A stretch of DNA of 64,000 nt from Trypethelium eluteriae (lineage: Eukaryota): contig JAVECL010000010.1 of assembly GCA_051942245.1 (NCBI GenBank), forward strand, positions 1 through 64,000, in the 5' to 3' direction. Numbering within the stretch: position 1 is the first letter of the stretch; each line of letters starts with the position of its first letter. Position numbers and translations under genes: made by a program. Positions 1 through 14,446 of the stretch are shown here, piece by piece. Below the pieces are notes generated by a model, which saw nothing but the letters and a program-made list of their open reading frames with translations, was not told where the DNA came from and made no database searches.

Positions 1-615
1 GACGAGGGAGAGGATACTAGAGGCGGTGTCGAGGAGTTCGGAGACGTTGGAGATGAATTCTTCGGTTTCCGAGGTTTCGGATTCGCTTGATTCTTCGCTA
101 TCTAGAGTAGTGTGTTAGCTTGGCGGTCTGCTCATATGCAAACGTGGAGAAAGAGGTAAGGGTATACCTAGTGTGAATGGTGTCTGGAGATCTCCTTCTG
201 TTGGTATTCCAGCTGCCATCCCAGCTTGGTATTCTCCACTGGAAGAGCTGCCGGGCGACGAGCTTGAGCTACCAGATAACTCGCCTCCGCCCGTTGGGAT
301 TATCCCGCCCTCTCCTTCTCCTTCGCCTCCGCTTGAGCCACTGGTTCCTCCTTGGCCAGAGCCACTGGTTCCGCTTTCTCCAGGCACTATTTCTGGTTCA
401 CCCTCAGGAATGCCACTGTTCCCTTCTATCCCAGACGTATCAGCACCGGCACCAGCTTCTGCACTGGCGCCAGCTTCTGCACCAGCTCCTTCGCCAGCAG
501 CTATATCAGGGACTGCGGCATGGATATACGGAAACAGAACGAAGAGTAAGAATAAAAGAGATAATAACGAAGACGTTTTAAAGGGTGCTGATGGTGAGAA
601 CAGTAAACGCATCAT
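1..615 (-). CDS. Secreted or cell-surface Gly/Ser/Glu-rich protein, 3' end runs off the window
   Basis: Hydrophobic N-terminus (MMRLLF...SLLSLLFLLFVLFPYIHA) then a low-complexity G/S/E tract. An intron at 102-167 (GTATAC...GCTAAC...TAG) splices in frame to DSEESSESETSETEEFISNVSELLDTASSILSLV, open to position 1. Confidence 0.65.
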
Positions 616-2166
616 TTTCAAGAAGACGATACTCAATACTTAGGCATAGATAGTATACACACTGCAAAGACAGGCCATGGAAAGCATGAGATCCTCAGCT
701 CCTTGTGATGTCGTCTGCAAGTCGTAATCTTGTATGCCTGTCTGGCCCCCACTTATCATATATGTGGCCTGGTGGGCCCTTGAGAGCTAAGTTCTACAGG
801 GTCCTTGAAGAGGAATTTATAGTAGACCCTGTAGAAAATCGTGAGATTGATTTGTAGATGGACTCAGGGCGAAACATAAGCGAGGAATCCTTCGGTCCGC
901 TGTCTCTTTGTGGCTATGGAATCATTAGTAGACGTTTACTCAGCCCCCAACGCAAAACGGCTCGTGGAAATGCTTTTTCAGCTGGACTTTTTCGCAACTC
1001 AATCGCCCTGATTTACAATCCCTCCTTCTACTGTCTTCTGGGTAGGTGTAACCTCATCCTAGGTCTGGCGATATGAAGCCATCTCGTAGTTTTCCCTTCT
1101 CTTCACCTGAACGCTCCATAGCAGGTTCATGATATGTTCATACGCTGGTAGGCAGGCTGTTTCCACCCCTCCAATATCGCGCTTCTCTATGTTCTCATCG
1201 TAGCCCTTTCTCATACCATGTGACGACGATAAAATCCCAGTAGAGTAGTAGGCCATGTGCCGCACGGAAAAATCCGTACTGCATTCCATTGCCCTGCGCC
1301 TGGATCGGCTACAGCCTTTACGCCAATTCTGAACATCTGCATAAATAAACAGCCTCGTCCAATGGGGGTGACAAAGAGAATTCAAACGAGGCCAATGTCA
1401 ATTCGTGGGGAAAGGGATCCCTGCTGTCTTGTCTTTTACTTATACGCAAAGCAGAAATCCACTCTTTGCTAGTATTCGAGGTTCGGGCATGATTACAGGA
1501 AGAAGAGTCAGAGTTCAGGTGTGGATGTGCTCCATATCACGATCCAGGAAGGCTGAGGCAGTGTTGGATTTGCATGTGGGAAGTACTCTACACATCAACA
1601 GACAGTCTTTACTAATAGAGGCGTGCTGGCTTCAATCTGCAAGGCTCTGCGTGCCTACAAATTGCGTTATTTTGAGTCTTAGCGAGCGTAGGTAGCAAAC
1701 GGGATTATCATTGGCTGAATTAGACTGGTACCCAGGCTTTGGTGGGCTGAGGCACCCCGCGCTATCCAGCTTGTGTATGTAGAGTTTGTGTGTCTGTGTG
1801 CTGCGTCACGGCGTCAAGGCGAGCACTGCCCGAATTCATTCACTCACACACAGATCCCACATGCCCATCACTTCACGAACAATACAATCCCCCCTCAATA
1901 CGAAACGTGCCTGTCAAAGGCACTGGCCATAGCACAATAGCCTATTCTTCTTGCTGCCCCATCATGTCCGTCACTCAGATACACGCCCTTCTGTCCCAAG
2001 ATTATCCTTTCTCCCGATCCACGGGAATGATGCACCGGAACGAGGTATAGTACTGCATACACACGCTCGGTGAGACTATCCACTCTTCCAAATCTTCGAC
2101 TCTCGCTTTGCGCCTACTGCGCCCACACCATTTCCCACTTCGCCAACCTCCTCGCCTTTGCCGAGC

Positions 2167-3511
2167 ATGACGCGCTCGTACCGCAATCCTCGCAACAAAC
2201 TCTACGGCCCCCAGAGCAGCATGCCGGGCAAGCCCGAGAGCAAGATCTTCAACTGTGTCGTCGACGATATCGCCTTGATCATTGGTACGAAGAAATCTAC
2301 GAGAGATGGATTCAGGAAGTGGGTTGCGAATGGCGCCATCCGCCTTTACGTTCCTCTCTATAGTAAGTCGCACACCCGCATGAGTACCGCCACACGACTA
2401 ACTCGCTCTAGCGCTTGGACAGCTTGACTTCTTAAAAAGTGTTAGTGACCGCATAGGCAGTGAAGCACGAGAAGTCCTCGAATGGCTTGACGAAGTTACA
2501 ACTGCCCATCCTCAGCACGCCATGCTGCAAGGAGGACAAGAAACATATGATACATGGGCAGAGGTTGAGAAACACCTCTTGCCTGAAACTCTTCTTTCCG
2601 CGCCTGACGACGCCTCGGACGAACTGACTGAAAACCTGGAGCAGACCTCTCTAGGTTCCGCAACTCCTTCGTCGCCACGCTCCGCTCGCTCTTCGACCAA
2701 CTCGGCCTCCGCTCCCGCGAGTCCAGCAAAAACCACGAAATCAATCTCCTCTGTACAGAGTTCGCAGGCACCAGCGCCTGTCTCAATGCCGGAGACTGAA
2801 GAGAAGGACACTTCCCCAGAGGACAAATCCACAATTCCTCAGCGCTTGCAGCCTTTGCTTAACCACCTTCTTTGGCGCATCCACAAGGATCCACAAGCCG
2901 ATTCCGACTTTCGCTCCTACATCTTTGTCGCCAACAACCCTGACGCTCGTTCCGCCGCTCAGCGCTTTGGTGTGCGCGTCAAGACCTTTGAACAAGTTCG
3001 TGAAGTTATCAAGCGTGAAGAACGGGATCTCAAAAACAGAATGGCCTTCTGGCGCAAGGAGAATCAGGGCGCCTCTCCCGTGGCTTCCCCTGCGCCCGTT
3101 GCTCAAGCGCCAGAGAAACCAATGGAAGCGACCAAGCCACCCACTGACGACGTCGATCCAGATTCAGACGAAGAAGTCATAGTCATGCGTCCCCGCGGCT
3201 CTCCACCCAAACCAACGGTCCAGACTCCGGCCCCAGCCAAGCCTGTACTCGACCCGAACGATTTTGGCCGTGCTGCTCGCTCCCCTAATACCGCTCCTAC
3301 GGGACCCAATCGCCGCGGTGGTCGTGGAGGCGCAAATGCTAGTCGTGGCGCCTTGCGCGGTTCTCCGAAGACACAGCAGCATCACGCGCCCTTTGCCGGA
3401 TCTGCCCAACGCAATCCGACCTGCCCCATCGACCCCGACTCATACGCGCGACCACCACCGAGCGGGGGAAACATGCGTGGAGGACGACGCAAATTGTGGA
3501 CACCGACTTGA
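2167..3511 (+). CDS. PIN-domain-like protein with disordered Pro/Arg/Gly-rich C-terminus
   Basis: Exon 1 MTRSY...IFNCVVDDIALIIG...IRLYVPLY; intron 2363-2411 (GTAAGT...ACTAAC...TAG); exon 2 TLGQLDFLK...AREVLEWLDE joins ORF 2522-3511. VVDD, VP-x-TLxxLDxLK and FVANN resemble PIN-fold motifs. Confidence 0.7.
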
Positions 3512-4778
3512 GAATTTCGCCATACGCACTCAACCGATCAGATGATCTTCGATGTTTTCGTGACATGGAGCGAAGTCAAATTAAAACCGACAACAACAAC
3601 ATCAACACCTAAGCGCAAGTTTTCTTGATGATGATGGAAGGATAGATGATTGAAAGGATGGTATGTGGGCTTTTCTTCCTGCTGCAAACTATCAGCAAGC
3701 GCATCTATGGACAGAATGATCAAGGTGGTATGAAGGCATGGAAGTTCCCTGAACAAACGCTACCAAACACGGACAATAAACACGAGACGATGAAAGTTTT
3801 TCCGTTTACGTGGTCTAAGGAGAACTGTGAGAGAAAGGATAGGATGAAGAATGAAAGGGGTCGTCACGATACTCCATACTGAGGCCGGTGGGTCTCTTCA
3901 ACTGACAGTTGATTTTCCAGAATGCAATGGTCTCTTTTTCATGCTATTTTAATGTGTCTCTGGCTTTGACTTTGCTTTGATCAATGGGGGTAGCTTCTTA
4001 TTGTCATCAGTTGCTTGTCATTCAACATGATTTTTCTCAACAGACACTCTTTAGACAGTTCCCTGAAATTGATGTCTGGTTCTTCAACCATACTTCCGAT
4101 AATTCTATGTCGAGGAGGGTAGTTCCAATCTATCTTGATAGCTGTCCTCACGGTGCAAACTACTATAATTTCCACGGAGCCTTGACGTGTTTATGATTTA
4201 AGTCATTTTATCTCAATACTTGACTATTGACCTATGTGCTTCTACCCTTATTCGATTCCTTCATGCCATTGCTTCTCTGATCATCTGATTTGATCGAAGT
4301 TCCCCTTTTTCCATGACTTTCAAAGTGACGCTTCCACTTCACATCAAGCGTGTAAGTCACCATAATCTAGGGCCAACAACCTATAACTTTTGAAACACCC
4401 AGCAAATCAAGTTCGAATAAACAAAGCTTTCAGATAGAACCGAGCTATTAGAAGTACAAAAGTTCGATATCATACAAAAACAAGAAATGTGCCCACAAGG
4501 CAGACGCCAAGAAGAATCCGAGTATCCTCCGCCAGGCCTATACCAATACATTAGTCTCAAAGCCAGAAGAAATCGATATAGAGTATCCTCTCATTGCCCA
4601 TATTTTTTCGAGGCTCTTCTTTATTAGGCCATTCCTCCTTACCTCTACGGTTCTTTTAACACCCAGATTTCGTATGGCCAAAAAGGAAAAAAGAAAAGAA
4701 GATATAGTCTACCCTATCGTACACACACCACATTTATCTCGTATTCTCATCTCATCTGAAAACTTACTCGTGGGCTCA

Positions 4779-6246
4779 CTAACCGCTGCCAGGCATAAAA
4801 GTCGCAGTTCGCGAATACGCATTAATGCTCCTCATCAGATTGGGCACCTGCTCCGGCGCACACTCTGCCTCGATGAGGATCCGCTGCATTGCATCCACGT
4901 CACTCTCAATACTGCTGCCCCCACTTCTTTCTACTCCCTCCTCCAATATCGCGCTGTCTCCATAGGGGCCCGACGACCCGCCAGCCCAGGGATACACATC
5001 ACTGCTGGAGTCGCCTCCATACACGCTTGGAGAGTGTGCCAACATGCCGCCACTGTGCCCATAGCTATGGGTCGGACTGGCGAGTTGCCCAGCAGCGTGG
5101 CTGAAGGAGCCTGTGTAGGAGTGTGCAGCAGTGGAGGCGGGAGAGAGACCCTGGGCTGCTACGCTCGAGCCGGCAGAACTCGCAGTTCGTGGTTTGCGCA
5201 GGGAAATCGGAGAAGCGCGCAGCGGTGATTGGGGAGCGAGTTGAATTGGGGAGGTTGTGGCGGCAGCATGATGGGGAGAGGTGCTGCCAAGGATAGGGCT
5301 GGTGGCGTCGGGATGGAAGAAACTGGTGTTGAGGTCCAGATCTGCAGGAGCAACGTATGGGCGCGCTGTTGTATTTGTATAGGACGAGGGGAGTTCGTAG
5401 CTGGAAGCGGTAGTATGGTAGAAGGCTGAACTAGAAGAAGGGAGAATACGGTTCGGCGTGGAGTAGTATGGGACTGTCCGGGTGCTGGACGTGGGATAGA
5501 CCATGTTTTGAGTGGTCGCCATGGGTGAACCAAACCAAGGAGAAGATGCTGTGTTCCCACTGGCTGATGAGGAACTCCTGGGGATAGTAGAAACAGAGTC
5601 TTGGTACCCATGTTGTCTAGTTGGACTTTCAGGGCTTGTTTTTGAATTTGATTTGCGGTTTAGTAAAAAATGGCGATTTTTAGCAGAAAGAGCGCTTCGA
5701 TGGGGGAGATGATTAGATACGATGGCCTGCCAGTTGTGACCATATTGATTGACGAAGCTTAGCAACGCTTGATCCTGCGAACATCTGAGTTGATTTTTAT
5801 GAAAATTAGCACATCTCAACTAACCTCTTCTTTGGTCCATGGGCTACGATCCAGGGATGGATTTACGGAATGACTCCAACGTTTGGAGCATTGGTCGCCA
5901 TTTCTGGTTCGAACCTCAGAGGAAACGCGCGCCCATTTGGTGCCGTGTCTTCGTACGGCTTCTCTCAGTCTCTCGTCCTCAGAAATACTCCAAATGCCTT
6001 CGTTGCCACTATCAGCTAACGAATTGTGCCATCTCTTTCGACAATCCTTATTAGTTCGACCAGGCAGTTTGGAAGCCACAGCCTGCCATTCAACCGGCCT
6101 AGATGCACGCTCGGCTACAGTCATGATGAGTTGAAGGGCTTGAAAATTATGGTCATTGCGTAGAGAAAGGAGCACTCACCCTGCTCAACAGCCTCGCGTA
6201 AAACACGATCCTCTTCAGAAGACCATTTACGTCGCTCTCGTCCCAT
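4779..6246 (-). CDS. Myb-family transcription factor with three Myb repeats
   Basis: [20 protein letters not shown]; intron 6115-6179; [18 protein letters not shown] and [36 protein letters not shown]; intron 5775-5824; [33 protein letters not shown]; Ser/Pro-rich tail. Confidence 0.9.
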
Positions 6247-9200
6247 CAGGATTGATACTTTTTGAACCGTAATTGGGAGAAGTTCGCCGAAGGTTACGAG
6301 ATATAAAAAAAATTAAGGAAACGGGAAATAGTGATGATAATGCGAAGTCAAGTGTGAGCGAGAAAAAATAGGAGCTTTATAAGTATATAGGTTCGTTGCG
6401 GGTGTACCCGTTCTGGCATGACGAAAAGGTTTCACAGCGTCTCAGCGGAGATTTCTTGACTCAGGAACAGCTTGTGTTTTAGCTGCAGGCTTTGTTTTTA
6501 TATCACGGTTGGAGTGTGCTCCATGAATGGCTAGCTCGGATGTCATTGCATACTAAAGACTATTACCTCCCTTTGATAGTGCATACACTCCAATCTGCAT
6601 AGCTGTTAGCTTCTGGAAAGGTGCTGATTGCAGCATGGACGTTGGTAGTTGCTGATCTGCACTGACTCGAGAGCAGCATTGGCGGTAGATGCCCTAAGGG
6701 TTTTCGAAGTAGTCTAGACGAGAGAATGTGTGGAGCAAGACATGGGCTGCCTTGCAAGTCACCGGGAATAGATTGATAGCCCCCATCAGCATTTGACCCA
6801 TTTCACCGTCGTGGGAACTCGGATGCTAGGCTGTGCCGATGTGAAGTCACATAAAATCCTCTCCTGTTGGTCTCATACATGTACGAAAGGGGGTTGTTCA
6901 GAGCCTTGACAGGGATGGGAAGAACCCTGGCTATCTTGCCAGCAACGAAATAGGTGCTGGCTTCAGGCCGTTTGCAGTTCCCGAGGTACTCGTGCAGAAG
7001 TAGGCCACGCCGGACCAACATAAACGTTCAGCCGTTTCAAATCGTAGCCGTAGCCAGAAACAGGACTGCTCTCTAGAAGATCGCTATCGTCCCTAGGCTT
7101 GAAGGACCTGCGTTTTGGACCCCACCCCCACTTCAACCGCGAGCCGTCCCGCATCTCCAATTCCTTTCCGCAGAAAGTTGGGTGCCTAGTATTAGGTACG
7201 TTTGCCTTGGCCTCAGGTGGGCCTGGAGTACGCGTCTTGCGGGAGAAGCTGAGCCAAAGCCACATTCAGAGGTAGGCGCAAGGCTGCTCGTCGCGAACAT
7301 CCCCGGATACAAATGCACCATCACCCAAATCTGAGCGACGCTGGAGGAATTGCTCACGTAACAAGACAACAACACACCTTCACCAGAATAGAATGCATAA
7401 TCCAATCGGCTATGCAGAGATGCGCAGAGATAGGTGAAAACCATGTTCATATTGATTAAGCGGAGATTCACTTCGAAACAGACGTTCGCGTTCGGCTAGG
7501 GAGAGTGCAAGCAAGTGGTGAAATCATAAGAGTTAGTCAGGTGTCGCAACTGTGTCTGGTTGGCTGAGGTGTAAAAATAGGATCAGCCAGAATAGACGCA
7601 AGTTTGGCGCCGATCGATGCCGTAGCGTACCTGCCCATCCACCCACTCATGGAAAAATTTCCAGCCTCTCACAGCGCTTACACATGTTCTGTCTTGACAA
7701 ACAATGCTGTCTGCAGGCTGCTCGTATTAGATGTGTGTAATGGGAAACCCTCGTTCCTGATCGGGCACTATGTTGCGCATCAATCCGGTGAGAGAGGCAT
7801 TCTTGTCTTCAACTTCGAATAGCGGTTCAACCAATCTATCGCGCGTAGCGACTATCGTACTCTGGCCAATGTTTTGGTTGCCTTGATCGCTTCGCTTGTA
7901 CACTTATACCTGGAGCCTGAAATCGTACCATGCCCTGACCTGCGACAATCTCCACTCGTCAGAGCCTTTCCAAGACGTCGCCCTGGGCGAAGCTTCTTGG
8001 ACAGCCGTCGGCAAATTAGGCTGGGCCCTTTTTTCATCAATACAGAAGAATTCTGCTCAAGCATTATAGCGCCTATTCTTCTCGAATCCCATGCCGGACG
8101 CACGGATCCATCCTCATTCCCCAAGTTCTATAAGTCTGACCGGAGATTGCCGTGAAGAGATTGAAAAGGATGCCACGGATCAATTTGCGGCCACTCCTTG
8201 AAGCCTTCCATTACATGGAAGAGAATGCAAGCAAGCCTATGCAGCTCAGCCTTTAGGGACGAGAACAGCTACTGAAGATCACTGCTCTTGCCAAGGTTGT
8301 TTGTGGGCCCTCTGCACCACCCGACCTTTGAGGACGGTTGCCTTCTGCGAGGCAGGCACGCCCAGCCCACAGGCCAAGGCATTGCCTGTCGAGCACGATA
8401 CTCCAAAGCCCATTCTTCACCATGGGACCAGTAGCTGCATCTTGAATGCTTCTCTCTACCTTCATCGACCGCAATAGGCATATGTTCCGCCTGCCACCGC
8501 ATAGAGGAAGCATAAGCGAATGACGGAGACTTGGTATCCAAGATCAGCAAAGTCAATCCATGGGACCACATTGCAACCACATTGTCACATAGCATACGTG
8601 GAGAGAGGCATGCGATATCTATATTGAAAAGGGACTAACGTTCGAAATGAATTGCAATAGCCTGGTTCCCTCTCTGAATTTCTCCTGCATCCGCGGACGT
8701 CCTCTCCGGATCTGGAAGACCCATAGCAATCAAGATAGCATATGTGCACTGCTGAATTGAATTGGATCGAATCAAGGTGCTAGCTGGCGCGTCTCACTGC
8801 CGAGGAACAACTCCAGAGGGGCCCTTGATGCTGAGGCGTTGGGGAGATCCACCTCCGCGCAGATGTAACTGAGGAACTTCAAATGAGGTTGATGCCTTGT
8901 GATAAGCCACTGTACCTACCGATTGTAATGATCTTCAGAGACATAATGGGCGGAGCAGTGGCTTAGCATGAAAGAGTCTTACTGTAAGGTTCAATCTTAA
9001 CGATAGCATCGTACAACTAAGGGAGCCTTGCTTCGGCAAAACTCTGTAACGCAAGTTAGAATCGAGACTTCGAGTCAGAATATCTTCATGTCAAGTAGAA
9101 GTCAAAGGTCGTACTAGGAGCATAGCAGCTTGTACATCAAAAAATAGCTAGCAACGCTTGCTCAACTATCCGTGTTGGTCGAAAAAACAAACTCCTAAAA

Positions 9201-12200
9201 AAGCAAAGACACGCAGACTCCAAGGAGCAGCGTAACTGATGTCAAATACCAAAGAGGAAATTCTTGTTTACATATCAGCCCATTTGTCGGAACCCGAGGT
9301 TCTGAAATCAAAGCCCAGCTTCGGGGTGGAAGGAGGGCGTAATTTAGATTGGATCTTTGCCGTTCAAGTCTAAGCGTAGTAGAACGGCTCATGGCTCAAA
9401 GCTTGTGGTAATGCTGCTTATTGTCCCTACTACGACATCCGAGCGGCTGGAAGTAGCGGGTACTGTAAGCTCTGACACAATCAGTCAGGCTAGAGTGAAG
9501 CCATTGGCACTAGGATGGCACCTGTTGAAGACATACCGATGCATTGCAGGACTGAATACCATCAAGAGCACCACCAGGCTTGAATTGCCGTAGATCGACG
9601 CGCAGTAGCCCGCATGAGCTAAAGCTGCGAACCGTGAAGTTATCTGCAAGCATGAGCATACATCGACGATAAATTTTGTAAGGCAACCGCTCGGAAACCA
9701 TCGAACCTGTGGTCAATCGAAAAGAAAAAAGAGAATCAAAACTCAAGAAAGTGCGTGAAGTATTGCTGCAGTACAGTCTAAATTGGAAGAAGCATGGCGC
9801 GCAACCCCCCAACGCCAACATTCTTGTGCTCTTCTTAAAGTGCTGCTGCGCATGGCTACATAAGTACTAGGCAAGAACAATGATCAGTACCGCTTTCATG
9901 AAGGGAGCGACATTGCCCATCAAACCTTCTCCTGATCATCGTGGGAAATCGTACCAAAGCAGGCTCCTACTGCAGGGGAATAATAGTAGAATATCCGAAA
10001 GAGCCCCAAAATAATCTTGGGTAACTGAGATCTGATCAGACCCACGAAGTACCTAGGCCTTGTGATGGGTAAGCGAGGAGAATCCAGAATAGGGAAATCA
10101 TTACGGAAGGCTGGCTTTTGACTCGCAAGTGACTTTGGTATGACGTAGAAATACGTCGCAGCTTATACGCCGAAAGTAGATAGTTTCAGGAAGCATAGCC
10201 GAAGTGATATTTTTCCGCCATCAACGATTGGCACAAAAAGGTCGCGAAGTCGTTGGTATCGTGATGAAAGTGGGTGACATTTCCATGTCTACAAGCATGG
10301 TACTGATGAAGCTGACAGCGGGATGTTAGGCCGAAGTACATCCCCATTGCAGAATTGACAGCGTTAGAAAGGTTCAACTCGGGGCCATGTTGTTGGCATA
10401 GAGACTCAGAGTATAAAGTGTAAGACGCCATAATGTCCAAAAGCATCGAAGTCTGAGACGTGTTTTAAGTTTTGGGGGCCGCCAAGAAGAAAAACAACGC
10501 TTATGCAAACTATGACTTACGTATCACATACATATACATATGCAAAAGAGGGTGGAATTAGACCGACAGAGTGCATGCAGGTACCATCATTGATCGTCAT
10601 TTCTCACTCACTAATTCGACTAGTGTACTCCGTCCGTATACCTCACGAAGGTGGCTCAACTTCAGCCGCAAGTGAGTTGAGGTTGTTGGCCAAGCATCCC
10701 CGCTAATCGATGTGATCTGCCTGACGAATGCGATACGGTTGTCTGTGAGAAAGAGTTACATAGAGTCGAACTTCTTACTGGGTTAGCCGTAAACAAGGAG
10801 TATAGCTTTAGATTCCCTCTGCTATCGCTCTGCTACGTCGTCAAATTATCAGCTCACTCATCCTTTTCGGCAACAAGGAGCTCTTCAGGTCTGGAGCTGG
10901 GATCATATAGGTAGCCTCGCCGTGGTCTGGACAAGTATCTGGCTGCCGAAAATCCGCTCTTCAGCCTAGAATATTCGAAGCTGAAACTTCAACGAGAGCA
11001 CAAATTCAGCTGGGACAGCCGATGCTCAACATGTCGCTGCATTCAATAGGCGTCGTCTGCACATGCAAGGTGCGCGGTTCGGAGCGTCCGGCATGAGACC
11101 GTTTTCACTGGAGTTACCGATGGACCGTCAAACCCTTAAGTCAGCTCACAGTAGTAAAGGAAACCATGCATAGTAACAAAGGTCCGGGGCTTGCTTTGTA
11201 TGGTTACGCAAAATGCTGGAGTATCCGCAAGCCTGAAGCCTATGATTACTTCTTCTGCAGGCACGGTTGCCTGGCGCCAAATCGCAACCACCGTCGCGAA
11301 AATGATCCACGGACTGGAAGATCTCCGATCCGCATCGGTCCTTTGACGTGTTACGGTCGATCCGATAGAGGTAAAATCCTGCGAGATTGACGCGATAACT
11401 ATTAGAATCAGTCCACACGATATCACCGTATCACTAGCTGGAATGTATATGCAGCTCATGCGTGAAATCGAGTAACATGCGACGAAAGAAGGGCGAGACT
11501 GCTGTGTTTGGTAAGGAGTCGACTTGAGCACCTCCTCGACTATTAACCCTAGATACCGACAGACAGAGCCAATGGAAGCAGTATGCGAGGGCGGCAGGAG
11601 CTGACATGCAAGATGTACAACATAAGGAGCGAATCATAGACCTGGCGTTCAGCAGGCTGAGAACAGCAGAACAATTGTTTATGACCCTTCAAGGCAGAAG
11701 ATGTCATTTTCCGAGCCTTGTCCGTATGCCAATCGAATTGCTACATCACATGTCGCGGTAGCTTGCTCCTGCATCCACATGAATGCCATGTGGCAAACAG
11801 CATGGTAGAAACAAGCAGAACATCGCAACACCGAGTCAAGTACGGAGTAGCCTGAGCCGGTAGTTCTCTTATCCTAGGACATACTTCGCATATAAACATG
11901 ATTGGTGTCGATAGTCCATTGGACAGCAGCGCCACATGCAGGATAAGCGACCGGAATTGGATGTTTCCTAGGTGTGGTATTATCTATCGAAAAACTGTGC
12001 CCTGAGAGAGGCTCACCAAGTATGGAGTACTCTACGCCAGGCTGAACGCGCATGGAAAGAGGCAAAGTGGCTGTCAAGACAACAATTGGCTGCGAAATTT
12101 CTTCTCTCAGGGTCCGTGCACTTTATTCCCGTACTCTATGGCGTGCTCGCGCCTGAACACTTCGTCTATCAAGCTCTGCATACGATATTTCTGCACGAAC

Positions 12201-12587
12201 CGCTCGATGACTCACATGCCTAAGACTGGGCACAGCACCGATCGCAGGATACTGCACTGGAGCATCATCAAGGTGAGGGAAAACGGTTTGCCTGAGTATT
12301 ACCTGTGAAAAAGGTCATAGACGAACTGTCATAGGTAATTGAGGCAAGCGAAGGGGCATGATCAACTGAAAATAGACGAACGCTATAAATTATGAAATAC
12401 CGTAGAGCAGTCGAGATCGAGGGAAGGACTACCCGTCAACTCTACGACTTGTCAAGAGTGTGAGACCACGCTGCTTTGGGCGCGTCATCATCATCATCAC
12501 ATCTTATCCACTGATGACAATGTTTCCTTTCCTAACGCATTGCAGAGAATCTTTCTTTCCAGAATTCGATATCCATTCAGTCCTGCA

Positions 12588-13602
12588 TCATCCATCGAAG
12601 TCTTTGAGCCAATCCTCCCGTCCATCAAGATATCTATATACCACTCTCGAGTCTAAATCCTTACATCGCGGATCTTTACTGGCCTTATCGTATGTTTCCA
12701 GCCCAACCTCGCTAAGAACAGTCTTCGCTCCAACCCTCCGTGCAGTATCTACTGCCAAGGAAAAATCTTTCCGCATAAGCTGGACCTTAAACCCGCCCTG
12801 ATAGCCGTGACTTGGAGGAGCCTCTGGCGACAAGCCAGGAACAGGGTTGAACTTCTCCGCGATCGCGCTTTGTGCCGTGCTCGTCTTGAAGACATTAGCT
12901 AACACTCTAGGATCCATCCCCGCCCTCATCCCAATGTTCATGGCCTCCGAAGTAGCGAGGGCAATGAGAGCAGAGCAATAGTTGTTGCACAATTTCGCCG
13001 TCAATCCAAGTGAAGGTCCTCCACAAGCTACTATCGATTTGCCCATCATTCCCAAGAGTGCCTGTAGCTCTGGCCATTTGGGATCGTCCTCTGCACAGCC
13101 TACCATGAATGTCAAGGTTCCCTTCTCTGCACCAAGAGCGCCGCCCGAGACAGGCGCATCGTAGAAGCCTGCTGTTGGGTATTTCTTCAAACACTCTTCT
13201 CGAACCTCTAGAGAACTAGCTGTATCGATTGTACTGCAGTCAACTAATAGCTTTCCAGAAGCGTCCAACCCCAAGACCCCAGTATCAGGAGTGAGATAGA
13301 CTGAACGGACATGAGAACCCTCGGGCACCATTGAGAGGATTACTTCCTGGTCCAAAGATCAGTCTGAATCTGCGATCAATGTTTCCTGCCTTACTCTAGC
13401 TTACTGACTTCTCGGCAACCTCTCTTGAGCTGCTACATATTCGCACTTTGTCGTGCTTCGCTGAGATCTTCTCTAGAGCTTCTCTGGAAATATCGTAGAC
13501 CTGAATCTGACAATTGGGCATTTTTCGGATCACATTGCCGATCATAGGTTCCCCCATAGCCCCGAGGCCTATGAAGCCGAGTGTGTCGTATGATGGTGCC
13601 AT
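12588..13602 (-). CDS. NAD(P)-dependent beta-hydroxyacid dehydrogenase (3-hydroxyisobutyrate dehydrogenase / 6PGDH-like family)
   Basis: GFIGLGAMG Rossmann motif, VDCSTID, DAPVSGG, GTLTFMVG, catalytic Lys in AKLCNN, GGFKVQLMRKD; intron 13347-13404. Confidence 0.92.
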
Positions 13603-13966
13603 TACAAGACCACCGATGCGATCAATCTGGCCGTCTCACAGTCAAATGAAGAGAGCTCGCCATTGCAAGTCAAAAGGGCTCTCTTGAACCAATGGGCACA
13701 TTACTAGTGTCTTTGATTCTCGGCATATGGTGACGTACCCCGATATGACCTCCTCCATCCCTGCCCCGCGATCCGGCTTAGAAGTATGGCGGGGTAAATT
13801 ACCTGAGATCCCCTCATCGTGAACCGGCATTCAAGCTCTTCAGGGTAGATGTCGTCACATTTGATGAAGCATTTCGAAGGTAGGTGCCAGTTGAGTTGTA
13901 TCTGACTGTCTCGCTACCATTTCCTACCCGGTCAAATCACAATTCCTCACTGCTTGACTATCCACC

Positions 13967-14446
13967 ATGTCGTCCCAAGCAGCATCAGCGCATAAAACCC
14001 TCTACGACGAAGGTCTCCAAATCCGCTACCAAGTCGCAGGCAAAGAACATGTCGACAAATCTCTTGCCAGCGGCTCCTCGTCCTTCTCACGACCCATGCA
14101 GGAGTACGTCACCGAGGCCTGCTGGGGTTCCATCTGGTCTCGGCCAGGTCTCGAGCGCAAACAACGAAGCCTGCTGAATATTGCAATGCTCTGCGCATTG
14201 AACAGATCTACGGAGCTGGGCGTACATGTGAGAGGAGCAATCAACAATGGGGCAACGGAAACCGAGATTAGGGAGACTTTACTACAAGCGGCTTGTTACT
14301 GTGGTATGCCCGCTGGTATGGAGGGATTCAGAATTGCGGAAGGAGTCCTGAACTCCATGAAGAAGGATGGGTTGTACGAGAAGGATCCGACGCATCACGC
14401 GGTTGAGAGAGACTTGGACGTTGCCGATAGGCATGTCGTAGATTAA
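13967..14446 (+). CDS. Carboxymuconolactone decarboxylase (CMD/PcaC-like) family protein
   Basis: Intronless 159 aa: GLQIRYQVAG..HV, WGSIWSRPGLERKQRSLLNIAML, ELGVHVRGAINNG, EIRETLLQAACYCGMPAG. Confidence 0.9.
   Translation: MSSQAASAHKTLYDEGLQIRYQVAGKEHVDKSLASGSSSFSRPMQEYVTEACWGSIWSRPGLERKQRSLLNIAMLCALNRSTELGVHVRGAINNGATETEIRETLLQAACYCGMPAGMEGFRIAEGVLNSMKKDGLYEKDPTHHAVERDLDVADRHVVD

Noticed and set aside
173..643. Pro-rich + strand ORF
   Set aside because: Antisense shadow of the minus-strand gene, which has a signal peptide and a canonical intron.
4779..6246. Naming the Myb gene flbD or BAS1
   Set aside because: FlbD has two repeats of different sequence, and orthology to BAS1 cannot be shown by eye.
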